Part shown: positions 1-8,897 of the stretch, one piece after another
Position numbering within the stretch: the first letter of the stretch is position 1
Layout of the letters: every line of letters begins with the position of its first letter
NCBI GenBank assembly: GCA_029246845.1
Contig: JAQWMJ010000021.1
Span: forward strand, 1 to 34,372
Reading direction: 5' to 3'
DNA: 34,372 nt
DNA from: Thermodesulfobacteriota bacterium
GTDB taxonomy: Bacteria; Desulfobacterota_D; UBA1144
The notes under the pieces: model-generated
Databases searched by the model: none
Told to the model about the DNA's origin: nothing
What the model saw: the letters and a program-made list of their open reading frames with translations, nothing else
Made by a program: the position numbers and the translations under genes

Positions 1-1
1 A

Positions 2-1303
2 AAGACTGAGAATATAAATCCAATCGATTTAATAATAGTTAATTTTTATCCTTTTGAGAAAGTGATTAAATCAGAAAATATTTCTTTTCAAGAGGTTATA
101 GAGAATATAGACATAGGTGGACCAACTATTGTTCGTGCTGCTGCAAAAAACTTTCAAGATGTTTCTGTAATAGTTGATACCTCAGATTACAAAAAAATTA
201 TAGATCAGATTTCTGGTAACTCCTTAGAGGTAGACAAGGAGTTTAATTACAGCTTATGTAAAAAAGCTTATTCATATGTTGCTAAATATGATGCCGCAAT
301 TTCCAATCATCTAGGAATATTAAATACTGATAATACCAAAAATAAGATTCCTGACACTCTAACGCTTCATTATAAAAAGAGTTTTAATCTAAGATACGGA
401 GAAAATCCACATCAAGAAGGATCTTTTTTTATTCAAGAAGATCTTAAAGAGCCTTCAATTTCAAATTCAAAACAAATCCAAGGTAAAGAACTTTCTTTGA
501 ATAATATTTATGATGCTGATTCTTGCTTAGAAACAGTAAAAGAATTTAATGAGAATGCTTGTGTAATAGTTAAGCATAATAATCCTTGTGGTGTTGCGGA
601 ACATAGCAGCCTACTCCAAGCATATATAGATGCCAGAGACTGTGACCCTGTGAGTGCTTTTGGTGGGATTGTTGCATTTAACAACAAGGTTGAAAAGGAT
701 CTAGCTGAAGAGATAGTAAAAACTTTCATTGAGGTTCTTGTTTCACCTGGATATTCAGATGAGGCTTTAGAAATATTTAAGTCCAAGCCTAACCTAAGAG
801 TATTAATAACACCTGATTTAAAAATTAAAGAATCAGACCTTATGGATATTAAAAAAGTTGTGGGTGGAATTTTGTATCAAGATGCAGATAGAACTTCTGA
901 GGAAGATTTTATTGATTTTAAAGTTGCAACAAAAAGAGCCCCTACAGATGAAGAGATTAAAACTTTACTTCTAGCTTGGAAAGTATGTAAGAATGTTAAA
1001 TCTAATGCCATTGTACTAGCAAGAGGTAATAAAACTGTTGGAATTGGTGCAGGGCAAATGAATAGGGTAAATTCTGTTCAGCTTGCGAAGATAAAGTCTA
1101 AAGATCATTATGGAACAAAGGACTCTTCATTAGCATCTGATGCTTTCTTTCCTTTCAGAGATGGAGTAGATGAGGCTGCAAAAGCTGGTGTAACTGCTAT
1201 TGTTCAACCTGGTGGATCAATAAGAGATGAAGAAGTAATACAAGCGGCCGACGAAAATAATATCGCAATGATTTTTGTCGGTGTTCGTCACTTCAAGCAC
1301 TAA
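2..1303 (+). CDS. purH: Bifunctional AICAR transformylase/IMP cyclohydrolase PurH (5' end lies outside the window)
   Basis: Motifs ENIDIGGPT, LRYGENPHQ, VKHNNPCG, SDAFFPF, QPGGSIRD and C-terminal RHFKH. The frame is open from base 2 (KTENINPIDLIIVNFYPFEK, matching the PurH IDLVVVNLYPF segment), so the listed start at 62 is internal. Confidence 0.98.
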   Translation, partial: KTENINPIDLIIVNFYPFEKVIKSENISFQEVIENIDIGGPTIVRAAAKNFQDVSVIVDTSDYKKIIDQISGNSLEVDKEFNYSLCKKAYSYVAKYDAAISNHLGILNTDNTKNKIPDTLTLHYKKSFNLRYGENPHQEGSFFIQEDLKEPSISNSKQIQGKELSLNNIYDADSCLETVKEFNENACVIVKHNNPCGVAEHSSLLQAYIDARDCDPVSAFGGIVAFNNKVEKDLAEEIVKTFIEVLVSPGYSDEALEIFKSKPNLRVLITPDLKIKESDLMDIKKVVGGILYQDADRTSEEDFIDFKVATKRAPTDEEIKTLLLAWKVCKNVKSNAIVLARGNKTVGIGAGQMNRVNSVQLAKIKSKDHYGTKDSSLASDAFFPFRDGVDEAAKAGVTAIVQPGGSIRDEEVIQAADENNIAMIFVGVRHFKH

Positions 1304-2811
1304 TTATCAATAACAATTTTATTTTTATTAATTAATACACCCAGAGAATGGTCAAAGGATGTTATAGAAACATTATAATCCGTTAAAGACTTATTGTAGT
1401 GGATTTGTGCTTTAATAAGATCTCTCTGTGCTTCCAACAAGTCTTTAGTCTTAGCAACACCAACTTCAAATCTTTCTTCCTCGTTATCCAATATTTCCTG
1501 ATGCAATTCTAAATTTCTTCTACTAACTTCAATATTTTCTAGGTTAGATAAAACATCTCTATATGAACTTCTCGCCTGAAGATGAACCTGTTCTAATACT
1601 TGTTCAAGCATAATTAAATGTTTTCTTTTTTGAGCATTCGCAACTTCAAGTTTACTTTCTGCAATATTATTACTTAATGGAATTTTAAGCTTCGCACCGA
1701 TAGCCCATGATAGATTATCTAAAGACCTTAAAGAACCAACTGAATCGGAAAATCCATCATCGTACTGTGAAGCTATTCTAGGGGAACCCAATATAGCAGA
1801 TGAATAATCTGAATTCTTACTTCCACCAAGACCAGAATAATTAATCATGGCCTCTATGTCGAAGTCCGGAAGAGTCTGATTTGAATAGTATTTTAATAAT
1901 TCCTCTGAATTATTTAGCTGGATAGATTCCTGTCTAATTTCTGGTCGATTATTTAAGGCTATAAACTCAATATCATCGGACTCTACTCTCTGAAGTTTTT
2001 TTATCTTAATTGAGCTGTCAACACTTATTGTTTGGTTTAACGGAACACCTAATACAAGTTTAAGGGAGTCTAGAGAATCATTAAAAAGATTCTCAGCTAG
2101 AACAATCTCAACTTTCCTATAGGCTGCTTCAGCTTGCGCTTGAAGTAATGATATTCTCGGAAGAGTCCCAAGTTCAACTTCTATGGTGTTTTGATCAACT
2201 ATTACTTCTGCTAGCTCTAATGAAGAATATGCAAGATCTAAATTACTCTTTGCATAAACAGAATCCCAGTATCTAGTTTCAACTTCAAGAATCACAGATG
2301 ACATAACTTTTTCAAGCTCTATTTGAGATACCTCAGCATTGCCCTTTGCAATTAAAATCTTTGCATTGTTTACGCTTAATCCATAATCTTTAAATAAGTT
2401 CTGTTTTACTTTAAAAGATAAGTTTGAGATCCATGAAGGACTCATAGCATCCGTACCTAAGTCAGTTTCTCTTTTTTCTAAATCAAAATTAAAAAGACTA
2501 TAGGTTGTACCAGTGGGTAAGTAACCATCAAGACTTGAACTGTAAATTGTAGACTTTTTACTCAGTGTATTATTTTTTGCAAAAGCTGAAGTTGAGGGCA
2601 AGACAGAATCTTCAAAACTTATCTCTGTATTAAGGTAGGTATCATAAAGCCCCCTGGCCTCTTTAATGAAGCTTGTAGTCGAATCAAATTCGGCTTCTTG
2701 TATTAATATCCTCTTATTATTTTGAAGGCCTAATTGAATAGCCTGCTCCAGGGAGATTGCCCAAGATGAAACAGTAAAGACAAAGAACAATAGTAGAGTT
2801 TTTCTTAACAT
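1300..2811 (-). CDS. TolC-family outer membrane efflux protein
   Basis: Signal peptide, ISLEQAIQLGLQNN start, two OEP-like repeats (ELGTLPRISLLQAQ; FEVGVAKTKDLLEAQRDL) and ALNNRPEI. The stop overlaps the purH stop by 4 bp. Confidence 0.88.
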   Translation of the reverse strand: MLRKTLLLFFVFTVSSWAISLEQAIQLGLQNNKRILIQEAEFDSTTSFIKEARGLYDTYLNTEISFEDSVLPSTSAFAKNNTLSKKSTIYSSSLDGYLPTGTTYSLFNFDLEKRETDLGTDAMSPSWISNLSFKVKQNLFKDYGLSVNNAKILIAKGNAEVSQIELEKVMSSVILEVETRYWDSVYAKSNLDLAYSSLELAEVIVDQNTIEVELGTLPRISLLQAQAEAAYRKVEIVLAENLFNDSLDSLKLVLGVPLNQTISVDSSIKIKKLQRVESDDIEFIALNNRPEIRQESIQLNNSEELLKYYSNQTLPDFDIEAMINYSGLGGSKNSDYSSAILGSPRIASQYDDGFSDSVGSLRSLDNLSWAIGAKLKIPLSNNIAESKLEVANAQKRKHLIMLEQVLEQVHLQARSSYRDVLSNLENIEVSRRNLELHQEILDNEEERFEVGVAKTKDLLEAQRDLIKAQIHYNKSLTDYNVSITSFDHSLGVLINKNKIVIDN

Positions 2812-2833
2812 TATTATTAATTTAGCAGATTAT

Positions 2834-2870
2834 AAAAAAAAAGGGAGCCCTAATTTTCATTAGGGCTCCC
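2834..2870 (-). terminator. Rho-independent terminator of the porin-like gene
   Basis: Perfect 12-bp stem GGGAGCCCTAAT/ATTAGGGCTCCC with GAAA tetraloop, followed by T9 on the minus strand, about 20 bp after the stop at 2890. Confidence 0.93.
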
Positions 2871-2889
2871 GAGATTAGTCAACTATATA

Positions 2890-4521
2890 CTACTTAGTAG
2901 CAGCAGGAGCTTTAAAGAAATCATCGATGAAAATCATCAATCTTGACTGAAAACCCCAAATAGCATCTGCAGTGTCTAATGCTGACTGAGCAGCCATGCC
3001 AGTTGTTGAAGCATATGCTTGCGCAACTAATGCATCTTCAAGGCCTGAACCCACGTCAATGTAAGAACCAATTAATGACAGTTCAACACCGTCAACTAGA
3101 TTCATTTTGTATACAGCTTCGTATTCTGTACCGTAGTAACTGCCAATGTTGCCAGCTACTCCGTCAGAACCGCCTGCGTTAGCCCCAATACTTGAGTCAC
3201 CAGGGTCTGTGTTTTCTACCCATGCCATAATAACAGCAAGATTTAATTGATCACCATTACCTACAGCATAATCAACATCTGCTTTCATATACTTAGCATT
3301 AATGATACTTCCTGATCTACCATAAAGAGTAGGAATAACATGTTTGAATAATAGGTTATCTAGTTGATAAGCACCATTACCTCTTATGATTGAACCTTCC
3401 CAACCGTTTTGTGACGCTGTATTTCTTTGGTCTCCCGGGGAAATACCAGCTTCAAAACTTACTTTTGTGAAAGGAGCAGTGTTAAACAGCTCTAATTGTG
3501 CAGCTGCAACATAGTTGTTTCTTGTAACAGTATATTGGTCTGCATTTCTAGGACTTAATTCACCATAAGCACCAGTGTACTCAGTAATGAATCTATAGTC
3601 TGAAGTTTTATACTCAGCATAAGCAGAGTATAGTGCTAAAGCCATATCCCATTCTAGAGCAGCACCACCGAAAGTCATGTTGTTTTGCTCAATATATGGG
3701 AAATAATAAGCTCCATATGTTAAGTTACCGTTGTTGATAATAACAGCAGCAGCTAGATAATCTACAGTTTCACCGCTTCCTTCGAAGATTGTGAAATTGT
3801 CAGTATCTGTACCATTGTTAGAACCATTAGTAGCATCAGAACCGCCACCTAAGTAGTCAGAAACTAATACTACAGTTGTAGCACCAAGTGCAGTTGAATA
3901 GCCTTTTAACCAGAGTAAACGATCAACGTTAAATCCAGCGTCACTATACGGATCGTGTCCGCCATTAGCATAAAGACCCATTGCAAAATCAAATGGTTGT
4001 CTACCGATTCTTACGAATCCTTTGTCGCCTAAGTTGATATCTGCATGCAAGTATTTAACAGAAAAAGTTCCGTAATTAGCATCTACAGCTTCATCTCCGA
4101 AGAGAAGAGTACCGTTAAATCTATCGGTATATCTTAGGTCATCTTGAACTACACCACCAGCTTTATCGCCGTCTGAATCTTCTCCAAACAGTCCACCAGT
4201 AGCACCACCAGCAATAGCGTTACTTAGAACATCGACTGAAGCTCTAATTGTAACCGCGTCACTTAAAACAAGTTGTGGTGTAAGACGAAGAGTCATATCA
4301 GCGAAATGAAGATGTTCGCCGGTTGTATCTGAATCTAGTCCACCACCAAGACTTTCAAGTTGAGCGGGTGTCAAGATATTGTGAAATGTTGCGTTATGGA
4401 GTGATCTCCATCTAAAACGCATAAAACTTGGGAATCCACCAAGACTTAACTCAACCGCAAATGACGGGATAGCTAAACCTAAGGCAAATACCAAAGCAAG
4501 TACATATTTCATAATACGCAT
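2890..4521 (-). CDS. Putative major outer membrane beta-barrel protein/porin (reminiscent of deltaproteobacterial OmpJ/alginate-export-like barrels)
   Basis: Sec signal peptide ending PSFA; amphipathic strands with aromatic residues (VRIGRQPF, YYGTEYEAVYKMNL); Gly/Asp/Asn-rich loops; perfect SD AGGAGGT at 4530-4536; own promoter and strong terminator. Confidence 0.7.
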   Translation of the reverse strand: MRIMKYVLALVFALGLAIPSFAVELSLGGFPSFMRFRWRSLHNATFHNILTPAQLESLGGGLDSDTTGEHLHFADMTLRLTPQLVLSDAVTIRASVDVLSNAIAGGATGGLFGEDSDGDKAGGVVQDDLRYTDRFNGTLLFGDEAVDANYGTFSVKYLHADINLGDKGFVRIGRQPFDFAMGLYANGGHDPYSDAGFNVDRLLWLKGYSTALGATTVVLVSDYLGGGSDATNGSNNGTDTDNFTIFEGSGETVDYLAAAVIINNGNLTYGAYYFPYIEQNNMTFGGAALEWDMALALYSAYAEYKTSDYRFITEYTGAYGELSPRNADQYTVTRNNYVAAAQLELFNTAPFTKVSFEAGISPGDQRNTASQNGWEGSIIRGNGAYQLDNLLFKHVIPTLYGRSGSIINAKYMKADVDYAVGNGDQLNLAVIMAWVENTDPGDSSIGANAGGSDGVAGNIGSYYGTEYEAVYKMNLVDGVELSLIGSYIDVGSGLEDALVAQAYASTTGMAAQSALDTADAIWGFQSRLMIFIDDFFKAPAATK

Positions 4522-4552
4522 AAACCTTTACCTCCTATGTAAAGTTACTCAA

Positions 4553-4582
4553 AATTTAACACATTTAGCGCACATAAGTCAA
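4553..4582 (-). promoter_or_regulatory. Sigma70-type promoter for the porin-like gene
   Basis: Minus strand TTGACT (4582-4577), 18-nt spacer, then TGn-extended TAAATT (4558-4553), upstream of SD AGGAGGT. Confidence 0.6.
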
Positions 4583-4688
4583 CGACTTTAGTAAGTTTTT
4601 AAGAGGTTTTTTATTATTTTAATGTAGTTTTTTTTTAAGCAACTGGGTTCTGGGCAATATCTCCTAAAAAAGAGCCCTAGAATCGGGG

Positions 4689-6056
4689 TTAATCAAAGAT
4701 TTTACCCGGATTCATAATATTATTAGGATCTAGTGTTTTTTTTATCAATTTCATCAAATTTATTGAAGTTGGATGCTCAAACAATAAATACTCCTTTTTA
4801 TTTAGTCCAATTCCATGTTCACCAGTTATAGTTCCGCCTAGTTCTAGTGTTTTTTTAACTAATTTATCACTAAAATTCCTTATAATTTTAAAATCTTCTT
4901 TGTTATCAGGATCGTATAAAACTGTAACATGAAAATTTCCATCACCAGCGTGTCCAACAATAGGTGCCTTTAGGCTTAAGTTTTGTATTTCTTTTTCAGC
5001 GAATCTAATACATTCAGCAAGTTCTGTTATCGGAACACATGCATCAGTTGCGTAAACTCTAGCATTTGGCTTCAGAGCTTTAACTGACCAGTAAACGTCA
5101 TGCCTTGCTTTCCATAACTTATTTCTTTCTTCAAAATCTTTAGACCATTTAAATTTAAACCCGTTGTTTTCCTCTGATATTTCTTTACAATTTTGAATTG
5201 ATTCAATGTTACCACTTTCAGTTCCGTGAAACTCAAAAAAAAGCGTTGGCTTAATTTCAAGATCTGATAATTTCGAAAAATTAATGCTAATCTCCATTTG
5301 ATCAGCATTCAGAAGTTCAATTCTAGCAATAGGAATTCCAAACTGAATTATTTCTTTAACTGAGTTAACGGCGTCATCCAAAGAATTAAAATGACAAATT
5401 CCACTGATTAGACTTTCGGGAATTGGATTTAATCTTAGTTGAACTTCAGTGATAATTCCCAACGTACCTTCAGAACCAATAAATAATCCTGTTAAATTGT
5501 ACCCAGAAGATGTTTTCTTTGATCTTCCCCCTGTTGTAATAATTTCACCGGTTGGAAGAACTATTGTGAACCCCAAAACATTAGTTCGCATTGTGCCATA
5601 CCTAACTGCCATAGTGCCCGAAGCAGACGTTGCGGACATCCCACCTATTGATGCATCAGCACCAGGATCTATAGGAAAGAAAACACCCTGGTCTTTTAAA
5701 TAATTGTTGAGTTGTATTCTTGTAACAGAGGCTTGAACCCTACAATCAAAGTCATCTTTGTTCACTTCTATAATTTTATTTAAGTTTTCTAAACTTATTG
5801 ATATTCCCTTTTCTATTCCTACCACTTGTCCTTCTAAAGATGTCCCTGCACCAAATGGAACAACAGGAACCATAAAATTATTACAAATTTTTAGTATTTC
5901 AGATATTTCTTCTGTTGTATTTGGGAAAGCTACCCCAGACGGTAAGATAGGGTCGAATATATCTTCACCTTTAGAATAATTTGACCTAACACTCTCAGAA
6001 GTAGAAAACCTACTTCCAAGCAAATTATTAAGCTCATCTACAAAAGCTTTATCCAT
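4689..6056 (-). CDS. FAD-linked oxidase, D-lactate dehydrogenase (cytochrome)/GlcD family
   Basis: PFGAGTSLEG, FFPIDPGADASIGGM, GSEGTLGIITE, GHAGDGNFH, ITGEHGIG and LDPNNIMNPGK. Start is ATG 6056 or TTG 6062. Confidence 0.9.
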   Translation of the reverse strand: MDKAFVDELNNLLGSRFSTSESVRSNYSKGEDIFDPILPSGVAFPNTTEEISEILKICNNFMVPVVPFGAGTSLEGQVVGIEKGISISLENLNKIIEVNKDDFDCRVQASVTRIQLNNYLKDQGVFFPIDPGADASIGGMSATSASGTMAVRYGTMRTNVLGFTIVLPTGEIITTGGRSKKTSSGYNLTGLFIGSEGTLGIITEVQLRLNPIPESLISGICHFNSLDDAVNSVKEIIQFGIPIARIELLNADQMEISINFSKLSDLEIKPTLFFEFHGTESGNIESIQNCKEISEENNGFKFKWSKDFEERNKLWKARHDVYWSVKALKPNARVYATDACVPITELAECIRFAEKEIQNLSLKAPIVGHAGDGNFHVTVLYDPDNKEDFKIIRNFSDKLVKKTLELGGTITGEHGIGLNKKEYLLFEHPTSINLMKLIKKTLDPNNIMNPGKIFD

Positions 6057-6094
6057 AGACAATAATTATAAACTGTTAAAAAAGTAAATGTGCA

Positions 6095-6226
6095 CTAGTC
6101 TTTTTCTATTTCTTCGCCGCCCATCCAACTAGGTCTTTTGTCCCAAGTAGAACCTAACCATGAACAACTCTGAATAGATGAAAGAAGAAAAACTGATAAA
6201 ATAAAAACTTTTAAAAATTTTTTCAA
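6095..6226 (-). CDS. Small 43-aa putative lipoprotein (not in ORF track)
   Basis: TTG start with SD GGAGG (6236-6232). Translation MKKFLKVFILSVFLLSSIQSCSWLGSTWDKRPSWMGGEEIEKD shows a basic n-region, hydrophobic h-region and lipobox-like IQS-C. Candidate promoter TTGCTC-16-TAGTAT at 6275-6248. Confidence 0.75.
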   Translation of the reverse strand: MKKFLKVFILSVFLLSSIQSCSWLGSTWDKRPSWMGGEEIEKD

Positions 6227-6325
6227 AATAGCCTCCGATTTCTTTATATACTAATTCCCATAAAAAAAAGAGCAAGTTAATTAAAAACTACACTTTATAC
6301 CTAAAAAATAATCATATATTTTTCG

Positions 6326-7681
6326 TTAGAATTTAAGCTGTGCCTGAACTCTAAATGTTTTTGTTTGCTTATCGTTGCCTAATATTTGCTCTTCGTTAAT
6401 ATGCCCATAATCTGCATTAATTTTTAAATTGTGACCAACAAAATATTTAGAGATTTGATACGTGTGTTCAAAAATTTTATCATTAGCTTGATCTGAATTA
6501 TCTCTTACACCATATCTATAACCTATAACCCATCCATTCTTAATATGGTAGTTACCTTGGATTCTTGTCCAATCTAAGCTTTCTTTACCATTACCCAAGA
6601 TTGATTCATCACCAGCTAACATTGTATGTTCAAACTCTCCCGAGAGTCCCTTGTACTTAAAACCTACATCATAGGTACTTGAAGTAATGTCTAAATATGT
6701 GATACCAGTTAGTTGGGTTTTTCCATTTTTACTGTATGCAGTAGCAATATCTTTTATTCTATCATCAAGTTTCCCACTTAAATCTAAAGCAGTTGAGCCA
6801 TCTTCTTCTTTAAAATCAGAGCCGGTATAGTTAACGTTTAAGCCATTCCACCACAACTGAGAAGCACCTATTCTTAACTTTATCTGGTCAGACCTCTTAA
6901 GGTCTGCTTGACCGTACTTCATCTTACCAAACGGTGTCCATTCCACCCTAGTTACATATATTTTATCCCATACATCTGCTTGACTTGCTCCTCTGGCGTT
7001 GTTTCCACCAAGGCCAGCGCCTAAGAAGCCCGTTAACATAAATGTGTTGTTTGGAATTGATAAATCAAGCTTAATACCATGATCTCTTTCAAAAGTTAGA
7101 TGCTTAGAAGATCTATCAACAAAGGTCAATTTGCTAGATGAAGTTTGTGCTTCAAGTGTATGGGGAACCTTCATTTGGCCAACTGTAAGTTTAAGAAATT
7201 CTCCAGCCTTATATCCAAAATATGCATCTTCAATACCAATACCATTAGCACCAACACAACTGGTACCATTCTTGTCCGAACATATTACATATTTATAAAA
7301 AATATCCGGGCTATAGGCATAGCCTTTAAATGAAAGTTGGAATCTTCTAGTTTGAAAATCATGACTTGTACCTTCAGATCCGTCAGAACTTGTAGCACCT
7401 CTTTTTTCCTGATTCTTTTCCGCGCTTTCAAATCTGAATTGTATCCTAGCTCCAAGGTTAAACTTAAAAGCATCTCCACCTTTAAATTCTAATCCCTCAC
7501 CAGCCATGTACTTCATTTTAATATCTGTCGACTCGGTAGCTAAATCCGTATCAAAAGTATTAACAAGCTTTGGACCAATCGAATCCTCTACTAAATTTGA
7601 TACTGGATCTTCTTTACTAATCGCATTAAAAGATAGCAGTATGGTAGCAAAGAAAAAAAGAAATAGGGACAGTTTCTTCAT
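6326..7681 (-). CDS. Porin, OprO/OprP (phosphate-selective porin)-like
   Basis: Signal peptide MKKLSLFLFF; FQTRRFQLSFKG, IEDAYFGY, LTVGQMKVPHTLE, TSSSKLTFVDRS; C-terminal beta-signal RVQAQLKF. Start reassigned to ATG 7681 (SD GAGGG about 8 nt upstream). Confidence 0.85.
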   Translation of the reverse strand: MKKLSLFLFFFATILLSFNAISKEDPVSNLVEDSIGPKLVNTFDTDLATESTDIKMKYMAGEGLEFKGGDAFKFNLGARIQFRFESAEKNQEKRGATSSDGSEGTSHDFQTRRFQLSFKGYAYSPDIFYKYVICSDKNGTSCVGANGIGIEDAYFGYKAGEFLKLTVGQMKVPHTLEAQTSSSKLTFVDRSSKHLTFERDHGIKLDLSIPNNTFMLTGFLGAGLGGNNARGASQADVWDKIYVTRVEWTPFGKMKYGQADLKRSDQIKLRIGASQLWWNGLNVNYTGSDFKEEDGSTALDLSGKLDDRIKDIATAYSKNGKTQLTGITYLDITSSTYDVGFKYKGLSGEFEHTMLAGDESILGNGKESLDWTRIQGNYHIKNGWVIGYRYGVRDNSDQANDKIFEHTYQISKYFVGHNLKINADYGHINEEQILGNDKQTKTFRVQAQLKF

Positions 7682-7704
7682 ATTATAAACCCTCAAATAA
7701 AATA

Positions 7705-8670
7705 TTAATAACCATTTGTCTTTATCCATTGGACAAGAAAAATTGCACAAATTGAGATTCCGAGACCTAAGATAATCTTACCAAAATCTTTTGCAACAAT
7801 TGGGAATATATATTTAAATTTATAATCACTTCTCATAGTTGATATTGCCAACTCCCGTCCCGTCAAAAGACCAACGAAAACCCAGGTAGTAGACATAGGT
7901 ATGTTGTTTAGCTCTTTAAAGAAGTACAGAATAGTTGCATAAATTAAATCTATTATCGTTGTTGATCTTAAATATCTAGCCCCTGTTTTAGTTAAAATAA
8001 TTTTTTGAATCCTTCCACCCTCAGACTTAAATATTATTCCAAGTATAGTTACACCGACTATTAACACGCATAGTAATAATTCTAGTGATAATTGTCTTGG
8101 GAGATAGACCGCAATATTTGCCATATCGTGCTGTAACCATGCCATCCAAAGATAACAACTAGAAAGCCACTGTGCTATTCTCCAATATCTTACATTGTGA
8201 GGCTTAACTCTATCGTTTTTCTCGTCAATATAAGAACTAATTACTAACCACAAGACATAAGCTGTGACAGCCGCAACACCATAACCCAGCGCAGATTTAA
8301 CTATAATCTTTTCTAAAACAATTCCTGATGCAAAAACCGAGAACACTAAAAGAGTAGTGGAAACTGGTATTCCATATCTAGTCAAAATAAGTAATATGGC
8401 TGGGGTCATGACATGGTACCATTCAGGTTCTATATAACCTATTCGTCCCAACCTACCATAAGCAATGTCACCACCTGTGGTATACCAGCAATAAATAACG
8501 ATTGAAGAAAAAATTGTTGCTCCAAAAAGGAATTTCCATTTCCAATTAATTTTTTCATTTGCAGCAATGAAAGTGCCAAGTGTCTGGATAGAGTCATTGC
8601 CAATTACAGAATAACTAGCAAGAATAAATCCTAGGATTGCCCATAAGCTTAGATCATAAAGTTGTTCCAT
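7705..8670 (-). CDS. PiT/Pho4-like inorganic phosphate transporter (divergent, compact)
   Basis: Polytopic membrane protein with two internal repeats carrying PiT-like signatures: GNDSIQT...GIPVSTT and HDMANI...IPMSTT. SD AAGGAG at 8684-8679. Confidence 0.68.
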   Translation of the reverse strand: MEQLYDLSLWAILGFILASYSVIGNDSIQTLGTFIAANEKINWKWKFLFGATIFSSIVIYCWYTTGGDIAYGRLGRIGYIEPEWYHVMTPAILLILTRYGIPVSTTLLVFSVFASGIVLEKIIVKSALGYGVAAVTAYVLWLVISSYIDEKNDRVKPHNVRYWRIAQWLSSCYLWMAWLQHDMANIAVYLPRQLSLELLLCVLIVGVTILGIIFKSEGGRIQKIILTKTGARYLRSTTIIDLIYATILYFFKELNNIPMSTTWVFVGLLTGRELAISTMRSDYKFKYIFPIVAKDFGKIILGLGISICAIFLVQWIKTNGY

Positions 8671-8717
8671 TAAAATGACTCCTTAAAAACGAGCCATTAA
8701 TGGCATCGTGCGAATAA

Positions 8718-8745
8718 ATTTTAGATTTATATGAAAAAATGGCAA
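8718..8745 (-). promoter_or_regulatory. Sigma70-type promoter for the PiT-like/porin operon
   Basis: Minus strand TTGCCA (8745-8740), 16 nt, TAAAAT (8723-8718). Confidence 0.55.
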
Positions 8746-8863
8746 TGGTTTCGTATAGATTGAAAAGAATTAATAAAATAAAACGTATTAATTTTTTCAT
8801 TTTGTCGATAAATATGAATCAAAAAAAAAATAATGCAACTTTTATTTTAATTTCTTTTAGAAT

Positions 8864-8897
8864 AAAAAAGGGGGTTTCCTTTAAGCCTAAAAAAACC
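8864..8897 (-). terminator. Possible intrinsic terminator
   Basis: Minus strand GGTTTTTTT-AGGCTTA-AAGGAAACC stem (two G-U pairs) followed by CCC and T6. Confidence 0.4.

Noticed and set aside
7682..7750. N-terminal extension of the porin given in the ORF track
   Set aside because: It overlaps the upstream gene. The signal peptide and SD point to ATG 7681.
8746..8830. Pho box upstream of the PiT-like gene
   Set aside because: No convincing 11-bp-period CTGTCAT-like direct repeats were found by eye.
8821..8830. A10 homopolymer as a phase-variation tract
   Set aside because: Intergenic, outside the candidate promoter spacer, and expected in AT-rich DNA.
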